Positions 14,158-26,886 of a stretch of DNA of 64,000 bases are shown in pieces. Positions within the stretch are counted from its first letter, which is position 1. Each line of letters begins with the position of its first letter. Source of the stretch: Schmidtea polychroa (taxonomy: Eukaryota). Location of the stretch: the NCBI GenBank assembly GCA_044892525.1, contig CM097885.1, forward strand, positions 28,770,001-28,834,000, given 5' to 3'. The notes under the pieces were generated by a model. That model ran no database searches and was not told the origin of the DNA. It saw nothing but the letters and a program-made list of their open reading frames with translations. A program made the position numbers and the translations under genes.

Positions 14158-15484
14158 TGTGCCCTTCTCTGCTCTCCTCGGTTAATATACACAAAGATTA
14201 TTATTTCAATTCTTGCATACTACACCATACCTCCCAACATACCACAATATGAAATACTGCAACAGTCAAAAGTAATATAAAGAAAATATTTCCATCATTC
14301 CTTATTTATTTATCGATCAGTCGACTACTAATTATTGTTAAGTATTAACAACTTTATCAACGATCTATACTCGGAGTTTTACTACTCAGAAAAAATCGAC
14401 TTTAGGCTTTTTTTGCAAACACTACTTTCAATTCAGGTACGTGTTTGGAATTATTTATTTCATAAAATAACTACTCATTTTGAGAAGAGAGCGCTTAGTG
14501 TTTTATAATTTTTGTATTTAAATGTGATTTAGATATGTAGTCGTTATGCACTACAAGTCATTTACATTAATTAAGAAAGTTGTCCATCGCACCGGCCTAC
14601 TGGATTTCGATACGGTGAACCCTTGGTGTTGTGTTGGGACCTTGGAGCTACGCACGAACTAAAGGTTTACCGTGGCCTCGGTCGATTTAATTATTAACGT
14701 TTACACCATATGTAGACAACGTCGAAGCTGATCATTGTCCACACAGGTCACCAAGAAGTTCCTGATAAACAGGTTGGTAAAACTACTCCGTATACACGGC
14801 GCAGTGCAGCCATCACTCCTGGTTGGCATTCATTTTATTGACTTGTATTTGTAGTTGGGCGTGGGCCCGAAAAGAAGGAATGTAGTGTTGGAAACAATCC
14901 TACTAGTTCAAAAAGAAATTGCAAGACAAAAATTGATTATGCACAACCTTATATTCTGATAATACGATAGTAAACAAATAAATTATAACATGAAAATAAA
15001 AAGTAACCATACTAGTTAAATTTTAAGGATTTTAATATCTAATTCTCATTTTCTTTAATTCTGATGTATTCGTTTTTGCTTTTTTGTTTATTTAAATTAT
15101 TAAATGTTTATTTTTAGTTAACTTTGGTAAATTACTTGGTGGCCATAACGGATTTCGCATTTTTACAGAATATTCTAGTTTCCTATCCATTCTTATTGTA
15201 ATTTTTTATCTCTAATTCATTTTTGATGTTTGTTAGAAGAAGACATAGTTTCACAGAAATCTTTATTCACTTCAAAAATCTAAACGGAACACACAATCGT
15301 TATACTATTTATAGTACATTGAATTGCGTAATCTACAAAAGGGAGAATTATTAGTTTAAGTGATACTGTTGACACAGAAGACAAACATACTTACTTAATT
15401 TAGTTATACAAGCATTCCCGCATCATTCAATAGATATCAAGGTCTAGTGACCTGGTTATGTAAGTAATTCGTTGGAAATTATTA

Positions 15485-15730
15485 CACCTAATTCTGTTTT
15501 TACGCGAACATTTTTTACGCGAATTTGATTTAACGCGATTCAAAAAAATTATTTCGTTCTGTTTTTACGCGATTTGATTTGATTTAACGCGATTAAAAAA
15601 TATGTTTAATGATATATTTTGCCACTTTTTGTTTTACTAAAATGAATTTTTTGTATATCTTTTTTTACGCGATTTTTTTTTACGCGTATTTTCGGGGAAC
15701 GTATCTATCGCGTAAAAACAGAATTAGGTG
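15485..15730. mobile_element. Tc1/mariner-superfamily (pogo/Tigger-like) MITE
   Basis: Perfect 23-bp TIR CACCTAATTCTGTTTTTACGCGA; TA on both flanks; internal TTTTACGCGA repeats. Confidence 0.92.
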
Positions 15731-15927
15731 TATATCATCTTACAATGTTATTTTGTGGAAATCTTTCTGATTTTCGTTACTATCGCCATTAATTCAAATT
15801 TGTTACTTCTTTTATGTATTTATGTTCTATTTGAATTTGTTTCGTGTATTACACCTTGCTTTTGTTTGATTTTTCTTTAAACTTTGGTTTATTACTTTGT
15901 TTTTATGTGTATTCTAATAGTTATGTT

Positions 15928-16661
15928 TATTGGGGTTGGCAAGAAAACCAAAGAAATTTATATATAAAAGGAAGGCCTAACAGATATTGGTAAAATCAAT
16001 AAAAGTACAAAATAAATTAAAACTTACTAAAAATCAAAAATCAATATTGAACGAGCGTATCGAGTATAGTTGAAAGCTAAATTGAAGCCAAAACGAGTTC
16101 AGAAAGTATAATGAAAATTTAATAAAGGGTTCACAGAGAAAGTAAATGCGAAAAAACAAATTAATTAAAATTAATTAATCTGTAATGGAAATCCCGAGGC
16201 AATGGGAAGCCTGAGTCCATGGTAAACCTGAGTACAGAAAGAAACTCGAAACGCAGTGAGACCCAATCGATCAGAGCACCAGTCTAGAAAAAACAAGTTA
16301 AAATAATTTGGAAACCCTCAGATATATACCTAGGATTCCCAGGAGATAATTAATTGGAATTCTGTAGATAATTGATCTCTTAGAAACAAAGAGAAGCCCG
16401 GAGAATCAGGTGATCAGTGATCAGAGAACGAAATATAGTAATTGGAAAAAAGGTTTAATTCTGGTACCAGAAAAGGTAATTGCCCCTTGGGTTATCTACC
16501 TTAGCGAGCAATATTTATATTGAGCGAAAGGTGCCAATATAGTGGCAAATTGTAATTTGATTGAAATTGAATAAAGTTATTCTGTGTTGAGTTTCGATTT
16601 ATTTGTTTAAAAAAGAACACAAGGAATCAGAGGGAACCGACTTGACAAATAAAACCCAACA
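15928..16661. mobile_element. Solo LTR related to family A, opposite orientation
   Basis: Right end is the reverse complement of the family A start (TGTTGGGTTTT..AAGTCGG..TCTGA.TCC..TGTGTTCTTTT); flanks TGTT/TGAT. Confidence 0.75.
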
Positions 16662-16699
16662 TGATTTGTTGTTGTTTTTTTCCCTAATTTAATTTGACT

Positions 16700-17597
16700 T
16701 ACTGCTATGTTTGCGTGTTATGTTCCGTCGTATTTCGTCACGTTGCTTATACCTGAACCTAAATTCAGTTGGTTGTCTGTCAGTTTTTGATGATTAGAAA
16801 GTTGGTCTGTCTTGTGAAATTTCTGAACAAAAAAGAGAGGATTGTTTGCGAATTGTGTTTGAAGGATTCCAAATTACTTCAAGAATATCTCATAGCTTTT
16901 GTATATGATTACAGAATATGTGCATGTCATCCTGAATGAATTGGCATCTAATTTCGTCCCACTTTTTCTTTCCCCTGAGGTGTGAAAATCGAAGGGAATG
17001 CAATCTGGAAAACCGTCTTATTTTTGATGAAGATGGTTACCAATTGCTCAGAAATATCATTACTGTTGATGAAATATATTTATCCCGATATGTATCTGAG
17101 ACAAAGTGTGAGTCAAGTAAATAGAAATTCCCTGAAGAAATGGGCTTCAAAAAGATAAGATCTGGAACATGTCATCGAAAATCATTGATGTTGACAATCC
17201 TTAATCTATACGGATTACACTGAAAAGGCCTGAAAATTCCTCCAAGACAACACTTCAATCTACAAAATCGTGGAAACAACGGGAGTTGTTGAAAATATGG
17301 ATTTTTTTCTATTAAACCACTCTCTCTACAGTTCCAATCTTGCGCCCCGCAACTTTTATCTTTTCAGATATACAAAGAAACAAGGATGTTGAACCTTTCT
17401 TGAGAAATCAAAGGCCAATTTATATCAAAAATGGCTTTGAGGAATTCTTGCATCGTCAGAGGAAGTATTCGAACCACAATGGATTTTATATTGAAAAATA
17501 AAGCTTACATACTTTTGTTGTTCTTATGGTAAAACACATCGTTCCTATTCGTTTCATTTAGCACCAAGGCCGTGTATTTATTGAATGCATCACATAT
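16700..17597 (+). mobile_element. Degenerate mariner transposase relic
   Basis: LLRNIITVDE resembles mariner IVTGDE; 17311-17368 reads LNHSLYSSNLAPRNFYLFR, resembling HPPYSPDLAPSDY; boundaries approximate. Confidence 0.8.
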
Positions 17598-17783
17598 GTT
17601 TCATTCCATAATTTAAGCGCCTTGGTGTAGCAAAGAATAACACCAAGGTGAGTTTGTATGTTTCTATAATATAAGGTTATTGATTTTTATTATAGAAAAT
17701 GTATCTCATTAAAATAATTAATTAACTGTATTGCATGTGGGATAAAGATTATTTCTTAACAATTTCATGATGTTTTCATTAGA

Positions 17784-20700
17784 ATGAATTCTGAGACTTT
17801 TGAATTTATTAATACATTGATGAGAAAAGGAAATGAAGGAGGATTTTTTGTTTATTATGAAGATAAGCTGTCGAAATGTGTCTACGTAAATCAAAGAAAT
17901 AATGAAAATGGAAAATATCTTTATATGGTTAAAACTAAAGAAGAATTTGCTCATTTAGTAAACGCAAATAAAGGTTATACGTACTATAACCAAGACGAGA
18001 AAGACTATCTCATTCAAGTATCTTCTATTGACAGCGGCAGCTATGATGAGAGTTTCATTGTTCCAAGTGAATATTCTCAAACCCTACCAGAGAACCGTAA
18101 ACCTTCAAATTATTCTCAGCCCGAAGAAGATAAAGCAGTCCAAGTACCCAGATCATTTGGGAATATTTATGAAAATATAACTGAGGAAGAAAATTATATA
18201 AACTTTCCAAATCTCAACTCCATTCGTCCTTCAAAAGATATTTATGAGTCTTCCATCAATAAAAATTTTTTAGATGGTGAAAAAGAAATTAAAAATCCTC
18301 AACAAGAGATTTCTGGTGTAAAATATGTTGATATTCAGAACTCTTTTCTCCAACAGGATGACAGGATAACTTCTCAAACTATTGCAAAACCTTCTAAGCA
18401 ATATAGCTTAAAGAACACGACAGATACAATGGTAAATTCAAATGAGAAAACTGAGAGGTCGACTATAAGAGGTATTCAGGATGTTAGTACCAATTCACTA
18501 TCAAATGGACATATGAAATCAAACAAACCTTTGACGGAAAGTTCACAAAATTATGTAAAAGATAATATAGAAAATCAAAACCAATTTGATTCCAATCTCA
18601 ATCGCTCATTGTCCGATATCAAGAATATAAAAAATGAAGTAAAACAATCAAAAAACAGTGAAGAACAAAATAAAGAAGTAATAAAGCAAGAATCAGGAAA
18701 AGGCTATTCTCACGAAGATGTTACAGATGAGAATAAAATTGTTAACAAAAAGATTTCATCTTTGAGCAATTTGAATTTGGAGTATGACACAAATAAGGGT
18801 AATAAAATCATCCAAGAGGAAGATCTTATGAGCTCCGACATAAATGAAGTACAAAGTATCACTGAAAACCGAATAACGGACAATAAAAACATTCAACAAA
18901 GTACCCAAAAAACAGTTGATGATAGAAAAACAATTCTAGATATGCAAGGAAATCAATCTCTGAATACTACAGAAAATATTGAATTAACAGAAAGTTTATC
19001 TAAGAAAGGTTTGAATGAAAATAAAATTACAGAAATAAGGTCGAGTAATACCCAGCAAAATAGTTCAATTGATAAACTCAAATCACAAGACAATGAAGTC
19101 TTCATATTGGAGTCAGAACCCTGGCCAAAGTCTAGTCTTATCTCATCTTATAAAAAGGCAATTTCAACTAGTACCAATGAAATAAGCAATAGTAAAGAAA
19201 AGAAGTCAACTCATTTTAATGAAACCAAAAACGTCATTCTTATAGATCCAAATAATGATGACTCCAAACAACTTAAAAGCAAAACATCGAATATAGATCA
19301 ACAAGCCGACATTCATAGCGACCAAAGGATTTCAAAGGATAATAAAGAGAATATATCAGATGAGATTTATATAACGTTGAATGAAGAACCAAACAAAATA
19401 GATATACATGAATCCATAATAGAGAAAAGAAATGAAATAGACATGCAATCTATAAAATTATCCAAAAAACATAGCAGTAATAATGTTCCATCAACGGATC
19501 GAAACAATGAAAAGGATTTATCATTCCATAATCAAGCGAAAGGATCCTACTCTAGGGTTGACAATAAAAGTGACGGAGAAAATAACACTGATAACATTCA
19601 AACAAATAAAGGAATTCTACTAACAAATGATCAACCAAATCCTTTGAAATCTGTATCAGAAATCAACTCGAGAGAAAGGAGTTGCATCAAAATGCCAAAT
19701 GATATCAAGAAAAAAAATGGCTTTGAAGATCCTCAACATAAATTAAGTTCAAAAGATCAAAATGTAGACAGCAAAGTTTTAAGAGAAGAATATTTCGATT
19801 TAAATTATCAACTTAATCAAAGGCGTTCTGCTCACGACGATTCAAATAGTTTGTCTGATTTCAAAGACTTCGAATCTAAGGATGTTGAACCCAAAGAAAT
19901 TCCAATGGAAAAAGATAATGACTTTTTGAAAGTTTCAGACTTGAAACATAGTAACCCAAAAGTCCTTCCAAATCTAAATAACTTACCAAAAAATGATGAA
20001 TCGAATAAAGTCAGTAACAAAAGTGAACCACCTATTTTTGATAATGAACAAAGCAAAGATTTTAAAAATATAAAGAATAAAGAATCAATAGAGTCCCGAA
20101 AGAACTTTGAAATTGATAATTTGTCTAAATCCGCAAAGAATGGACCACTGAACAGTCAGCAGTTCATTTTAACAGACTCTGATCTCTCAAATATCTCCAA
20201 ACTTTCTAATCTACATGCTAATAATGAGGATAAAACTTATCAAAGTACGAAAAATAGTTCAAAAAAGGATTCAAATTTGCAAAAGAAATTTATTAATGAT
20301 GATGAAAATACCGATAGAAAAGATGGTAGAAAATCTGATTTAATACCAATAGAAAAGGGACATCTTGAAGTACCGTCATACAAAGATCTAGACAAAAGGA
20401 TTTCGAAACCAAAGAAGTTAATTGGTGACAATGATGATGAGGAACATGAATCTCAAATATTTCGATTAACAGAAATTGGTTCAAAAGAAGTCTCAATAGC
20501 AAACGTTCAAAACAAGTTACCTAAAACAAAAGGATTTTTTGATGATATTGATAATAGCGATAAAATAGAATCCCAACAATATCGTTTATCCAAAGACAAT
20601 AGTAGAAAATCTGACTTTGAACGATTTGACGAAGAAAGTTTGAAAAGACAATCATTTACCGACTTTGATAAAAACCTCGACAAAACTCCTAAAGAACATA

Positions 20701-21218
20701 AAGAGAAGAAACTACCTCAATATATTTATCCTCAACTCCAAAAAGATCCCAGGAATGATCACATCAGTGGAAATGTCACCCATGACTTTAGTATAAACAT
20801 AAATGAAATCAACTGCAATACAAATGACTGTATGTGTTCTAAAAATTGCCATAAAACATTCGAAGCGGGTATAAATGGCCAAGTGAAAGATCTCCATCAA
20901 GATCTAGGATATTATCAATCCAATACTTTATGCAGTGTTAAACCTCTGAAATCACCATTATTACTTCAAAATACTCAGGAAAAAGATTCAAACCATTTAG
21001 AAAAACAAGTTTGTATCAATCAAATTGTTTCTTTAGTAAACATTCCCAATGAAAACGAAAGACCTTCTAATAAAGGAATAATAAATAAAAATGTTTACAT
21101 GAAATATGACTCTGTTTCAGATTCGAAATTAGCTAATAAATGTTGCATGAAATGTAAATGGCAGTGTAATTTGGGAGCAGAAGAATGTTTAGCGAATTTG
21201 AGGAAGTTTTTCGAATAA
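17784..21218 (+). CDS. 1144-aa hypothetical protein; N/S/K/D/E-rich, probably disordered, with an aromatic N-terminal block and Cys-rich C-terminus
   Basis: 3.4-kb stop-free ORF in very AT-rich DNA; TTTTCATTAG acceptor just before the ATG and a GTGAGT donor at 17648 suggest an upstream intron. Confidence 0.8.
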   Translation: MNSETFEFINTLMRKGNEGGFFVYYEDKLSKCVYVNQRNNENGKYLYMVKTKEEFAHLVNANKGYTYYNQDEKDYLIQVSSIDSGSYDESFIVPSEYSQTLPENRKPSNYSQPEEDKAVQVPRSFGNIYENITEEENYINFPNLNSIRPSKDIYESSINKNFLDGEKEIKNPQQEISGVKYVDIQNSFLQQDDRITSQTIAKPSKQYSLKNTTDTMVNSNEKTERSTIRGIQDVSTNSLSNGHMKSNKPLTESSQNYVKDNIENQNQFDSNLNRSLSDIKNIKNEVKQSKNSEEQNKEVIKQESGKGYSHEDVTDENKIVNKKISSLSNLNLEYDTNKGNKIIQEEDLMSSDINEVQSITENRITDNKNIQQSTQKTVDDRKTILDMQGNQSLNTTENIELTESLSKKGLNENKITEIRSSNTQQNSSIDKLKSQDNEVFILESEPWPKSSLISSYKKAISTSTNEISNSKEKKSTHFNETKNVILIDPNNDDSKQLKSKTSNIDQQADIHSDQRISKDNKENISDEIYITLNEEPNKIDIHESIIEKRNEIDMQSIKLSKKHSSNNVPSTDRNNEKDLSFHNQAKGSYSRVDNKSDGENNTDNIQTNKGILLTNDQPNPLKSVSEINSRERSCIKMPNDIKKKNGFEDPQHKLSSKDQNVDSKVLREEYFDLNYQLNQRRSAHDDSNSLSDFKDFESKDVEPKEIPMEKDNDFLKVSDLKHSNPKVLPNLNNLPKNDESNKVSNKSEPPIFDNEQSKDFKNIKNKESIESRKNFEIDNLSKSAKNGPLNSQQFILTDSDLSNISKLSNLHANNEDKTYQSTKNSSKKDSNLQKKFINDDENTDRKDGRKSDLIPIEKGHLEVPSYKDLDKRISKPKKLIGDNDDEEHESQIFRLTEIGSKEVSIANVQNKLPKTKGFFDDIDNSDKIESQQYRLSKDNSRKSDFERFDEESLKRQSFTDFDKNLDKTPKEHKEKKLPQYIYPQLQKDPRNDHISGNVTHDFSININEINCNTNDCMCSKNCHKTFEAGINGQVKDLHQDLGYYQSNTLCSVKPLKSPLLLQNTQEKDSNHLEKQVCINQIVSLVNIPNENERPSNKGIINKNVYMKYDSVSDSKLANKCCMKCKWQCNLGAEECLANLRKFFE

Positions 21219-21600
21219 AACTATGAAATTATTTTCGGAACACCTTTTTTGCTTCTAGTTTATAAATTTAAAACACAGCCGATTTTTGTGCGATCAAAAT
21301 ACCAAATCAATTAATTACACAAATTTTAGGGACAGCCTTTATCAAGTTTAGGTTTTATAAGTATTGCTTTTGACACATTTTGACATCGATAATTGAAAAA
21401 AAGAAATTTTATTAAAAATTCCAATAAGATAATATTTAATTAAAAAACAAAGATTTTCAATGAGGTCTTCATATCATGTATTTATATCTTTAAGTGAATC
21501 AAATGTTTCTATGAATACGATTTCGACTGAGAATAAGATAATATAAATTTCAGAATTTCACTCAATTTTTCGGAATTTCTATATATGAAATGTGATTTAA

Positions 21601-21842
21601 CACTCTGAGGGCGACATGCGACTACAGTCGCACAACTTTATTTTGGTCTTGAGGGCGAAATTCTACTCTAGTCCACTAAATGCCAAAAACTTCTAGCTTG
21701 CACCAATACATTCTACAGCTTGTAATAGTTGTCAAAATAGCCATATTTTTAATTATACGTCAATTTAGGAAAAATTCATTTTTTATGGCAAAATTGCACC
21801 TTTGGGGGAATAAAAAATTTTGAGACCGTCGCCCTCAAATGG
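21601..21842. mobile_element. piggyBac-type MITE
   Basis: TTAA on both flanks; ends CACTCTGAGGGCGAC / GTCGCCCTCAAATGG. Confidence 0.85.
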
Positions 21843-22334
21843 TTAAACAGATTAAATTGAAATGTTTTTCAATTATTTATTTTAAAGATAAATTCTACAA
21901 GTTCTTTAATATCTATTTATTTTTACTTCAAAAAATTAAAATTTTTGTTTTTGCTTTTATTTATATTCGTTTGCGTTGTTTCTCTGGTACCAATTAATCA
22001 CGCAAACCGATGTATTGGTGTATATTTTAATATTTCACAATTATACAATAATAAACCATTAATTAGTTTATTTTATTTAAAACGATTCTATTTAAAAAAT
22101 TTTATAAATTGTGTAAAAATTTAAATAAACTTCATTTATAAGGCTATTCGTTTATTATTATGACCTTTGCATTTTATATTGTTAATATTTCATTTAATTA
22201 TAGTAATCTTTCAAATAATACTGGTTTATATTTGATTTCATATATAGTTTATTTATAATTATTATTTGCATGAATTATAATACAAAATGAGTTCAATGAA
22301 AGTATAAAATAAAATAAAATAATATCATATTATT

Positions 22335-25300
22335 CAGAGGCGCTCCAAGCGGGCGTGCAACGCGTGCGTAACACGCAGGCGGCCGTTTGAAAGGCGGCAA
22401 ATTAAAAAAATGCATTTGCAAAAACAACAATTTCATTTTGTAAAATTCATTTTTTCATTTTATAAAATAAAAAAAAAGTTTCGACTATTTTGTTACTGAA
22501 CGCACACAGTTTGTGTAGTATCATTGAACGCATTCCATTAATTTTTATATATCTGTCTTGGCTTGTCATTGACAAATACTATTACACTAAATAACTTTGA
22601 CAAGTTGTCAAAGTCATTTAGTGTTTTAATTTTGGATTCAAAACAACATTAATATTTCCAGTTTTTAAATTTATAAAAATCAATAAGATTTTTATTTTAA
22701 AAAAAAATAGAGATATATAATATTAGATTAGAAAGCAGGATTGTATTATAGAATTTGGTAAGTATAATGCCACTTTTTCTATATTTTTGTTAAACATAAG
22801 TGTTATGATGTACGTTAGATATTTATTATTTGTATTATTTGCACCATTAGATATGACCGGAAGAAAAACAAAACGTTTATCTGGCGCACAATACAAAAAG
22901 CAGCGTTTAAATAAACTGAAATCAATGCAGAGTTTGAAGAATTCGCTTTCAAAATATTTTGAAAATACACCAACAGCGTCGTCAAGCACACCTATAGAAA
23001 TAGAAAATAATGTCACCATATCTGTTGACGATAATAAAAGTTCTAGCGATAGCGATGAGAATGAATATGAAATTTTTACAGAAATTCGGTCTGAAAATTC
23101 ATCTGTTGGAAATTCAACTGACGAAAATTGTGAAGCAAATATAATATTGGACGATCCAGGTATGTGGGCAAATAATATATCAAGTATTACCGCATGTAAC
23201 CTTGTTGAAAGAGGACCGATTCAAATAAAAAATTTCGAATTTCCATTGTCAAGTGGGCGTAAATTTTCAAAAAAGTATTATTTAAGACAATTGCCGAACG
23301 GAGAAGAAACACAACGCGAATGGCTTGTGTATTCAATTACTAAAAATCTGTGTATTGTTTTTGCTGTAGGATATTTGATTTCAGTGATAAAAGCAGTCTT
23401 TCCGATTCATCTGGTTTTTCTGATTGGCAACATTTATCTTTAACTTTGTCTCGACATGAAAAAAGTCAGTTTCATAATGAAAATATAAAAAAATGGATAT
23501 TGTTAAATAAATCATTAAAAAATAATACTACAGTTGATAGTGCGAACCAAAGACTATTACAAGCCGAACGAAAGTATTGGTATGAAGTAATTCAACGAAT
23601 AATATCTATTATTCAATATCTTTCTAGGCAATGCCTTGCCATAAGAGGAAAGTCAAATCAATTATATGCAAATAACAATGGAAACTTTTTGAAAGCAGTA
23701 GAAATGGTTGCCAGATTTGACCCTATTATGCAAGAGCATGTACAACGGATTGAAAAGTCTCGAAACAATTTGAAATATATGCCTCATTATTTGGGGGGTA
23801 AAATACAAAACGAAATTATCAATATTATTAGCACAAGTATTAAAAACGCTATATTAGATTTAATTAGAAAAGCAAAATATTTTTCAATTATATTAGATTG
23901 CACACCAGATGTTAGTCATACTGAGCAATTAACTATTGTAATAAGAATTGTGAATTTGGAATCAAAAAAAATTGAAATACGTGAACATTTTTTGGGTTTC
24001 TATCAAATAACAAATACTACCGGCGAGGGGTTAACCGAATTTGTTTCAAAAGAACTTTCAAATCTAAATTTAAATATTCATAATATGCGTGGACAGGGAT
24101 ATGACAATGGTGCCAATATGCGAGGAAAGCATAATGGCTTACAAAAAAGAATTTTAAATATCAACCCGCGAGCATTTTTTGTACCATGTTCTGCTCATAG
24201 CTTAAATTTAGTTGTTAATGATGCGGCACATATTTCACATGAAACAGTAACATTTTTTGATTTAGTACAAGAAATATATGTAGTTTTTTCGGCGTCAACT
24301 AAAAGATGGACGATAATAGTAAAATATTTACCGAATTTAAAATTAAAACCCCTGAGCGATACAAGGTGGTCAAGTAGAATTGATGCCATACAACCACTAA
24401 GGTATCATACTGAACAAATTTATAAATCTCTTCTTGAAATATCAAATGATCAATTGATTGACTTTAAAACCAGACATGTGGCAAATTCTCTTTCACTAAA
24501 AATATCAAGTTATCGTTATTTATGTTCCATTGTTATTTGGCATGAAATTTTGATGAAAATTAATGTTGTTAGTCAAATATTACAGAACCCAAACACCGAT
24601 ATCAATAGAAGCGTTACCGCGTTAGATGATTTAATAGAGTTTTTTAAAAATTGTCGTAATGATAATGGATTTGAAAAAATGCTTACATCAGCTAGTGAAT
24701 TAGCCGAAAAATTACACGTAGAACCTAAATTTCCAGAAGTTTCAAGTTTAAGAATAAGAAGAAAAACAACAAATTTTGATTATGAAGGCAAGGATGAACC
24801 AATATTAGATCCAAAAACAAATTTTGAAATTAACTTTTATTTCTGCATTATCGACCAAGCATTAGTATCAATTACAACAAGATTCGAAGCGTTAAAATCG
24901 TATAATGATATATTTGGATTTATGTATACTATTAAAGATATAACAGAAGAAATACTTTTGAAAAGCTGCAAAGATTTACATTTGAAATTAACTGACGAAC
25001 AAAGAAATGAGTCCGATATTAATGGAATTGATTTATTCGAAGAGATAAAAACTATAAAGGTATTTTTAAAAGAAGAAGATATTAAACCTCAATCTATATT
25101 ATTATATATTTTACAAAATGATCTTCAGGCAACATTCCCAAATATATTTATTGTGACCAGAATTCTATTAACATTACCAATCTCAGTTGCAACAGGTGAA
25201 AGATCGTTTTCAAAATTGAAGATAATTAAAAATTATTTACGATCAACTATGCTCCAGGAACGTTTAAGTAATATATCAATAATTTCAATAGAACATGAAA

Positions 25301-25644
25301 TCCTAGATAATTTAGATATGCATGACTTAATTTCACAATTTGCTTTGAACAAGGCAAGAAAAGTCTCTTTTGTATGAGTAGTAAACTATTAATTTCATAA
25401 ACTTTTTATTGTTTGTGTGTACTAAACTATAACTTTCCTAAACTTATCTGTTTTGTGATTAATAAACTATAATTTTCATAAACTATTGCATGTGATATGT
25501 GTGTTCTTCCGTAGTTAATTTAATTTTTACTTTAATTAAATGTTATTTTTATTTTGGATTATAGAAACTTTTTTTGCAGCAAGGATGAAGAGCGGCGGGA
25601 AATTATTTTGCACTCAAGCGGCCTAACAGCTCGGCGCGCCCCTG
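22335..25644 (+). mobile_element. hAT transposon (Tip100/ZMYM1-like), full length
   Basis: Exact 8-bp TSD ATATTATT; imperfect TIR CAGAGGCGCTCC / GGCGCGCCCCTG; transposase inside. Confidence 0.95.
22853..25377 (+). pseudogene. hAT transposase with one frameshift near 23345
   Basis: WLVYS..[fs]..YCFCC zinc finger, ILDCTPDVSH, GQGYDNG, CSAHSLNL, TRW, GERSFSKLK dimerisation domain. Confidence 0.92.
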
Positions 25645-26886
25645 ATATTATTTATATTATTTATATATTATATTATATTATATATAATATTATATTATTT
25701 ATTCTGAGGAAGTTTATCCAATTTTGAAATTTTGCTGTAATTGGCTTTTTTGTTAAGATAAACTTGAATTCTTTATGATAAATCCTCAAAATAAATTTCT
25801 TTCAATAAAGATAGGGTTTAAAATGTTGGAAAAAATAGATAACAAATAATAATTCTTTTCTCGTTATGCAATATCCAATCTCAAGCTTATTCATATTTTT
25901 CAATCCATATGTTATTATCTTTTCTTCACTATTGTCACCTTTTTGGGGATAAAATAGCACCAATACATTCAAAGCTAGCATCTGTATTAAAAATAAACCT
26001 TTTACTAAAGTTCGAATAATATAGTAACGATGAACTGGTCAAATTATGCTTTAATTTATCAAAAACATCATGACGTTGAGTTGTCCAAGCAAGGCCACCT
26101 ATCAAAGATTCCAATGATCTTGCTATTTTGGAATAATTTTGAATAAACTTTCGATAGTAATCACATAATTGTTGGCTTATTATTTAACAAAGTCGGTTAG
26201 TTTCTGACTCCCGTGTTCTTTATTATTGCAATCAAATAACTAAAACCCAGCACAAAACATTTTATACAATTTTGATCACAGTTACAACTCTTTACTGAAT
26301 TTGCACCTTTCTTTCGAAATAATTAATCTATAAACTATGTTGCCCAATAGGTAATCACTTTTTCTGTTAAGATAATTTGTATTTTCTTTAATTTCATTTA
26401 GATTTTAACTTTCGCTTCTATCAGAGCTTCGGAAACGTTCACAAATTCTTTATTACATTATTCAACCAAAACCCAATGCGCTTCTCAACAGCTCTCTTTT
26501 CAACAATTATGTTGAGGATACCTAAATAACAATTTATAAAGAAATAAATAAAATTACCTGGGGGAAGATCGCCATGACAAACGGGACGATCTATTAGAAC
26601 TCAGAAAAGAAAACGGAAGTAAAAAGAAACTAAAAATGTGAAAGATGAAGGAAATAAAAGGAATCAAACAGGAAAATGAAAACCAAGGTCAGTACTAATT
26701 AATTAGTACAAAAAGGAAAAGGAATTTTGAAATCGAGGAAAAAGGAAAACAACAATATCCTTATCTTGACAGCGTGCTAGTGATAACAGAATTTATGGTA
26801 GAAGGCGGTCAAACAAAAAGGGAAAGGGAAAAGGAAAAACAACTTGACAGCTATCAGAGATAAAAATGGGACAGTCGGGGAAAGCA

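Noticed and set aside
23340..23355. Programmed frameshift in the hAT transposases
   Set aside because: Not a known hAT feature, and the two related elements break at different positions
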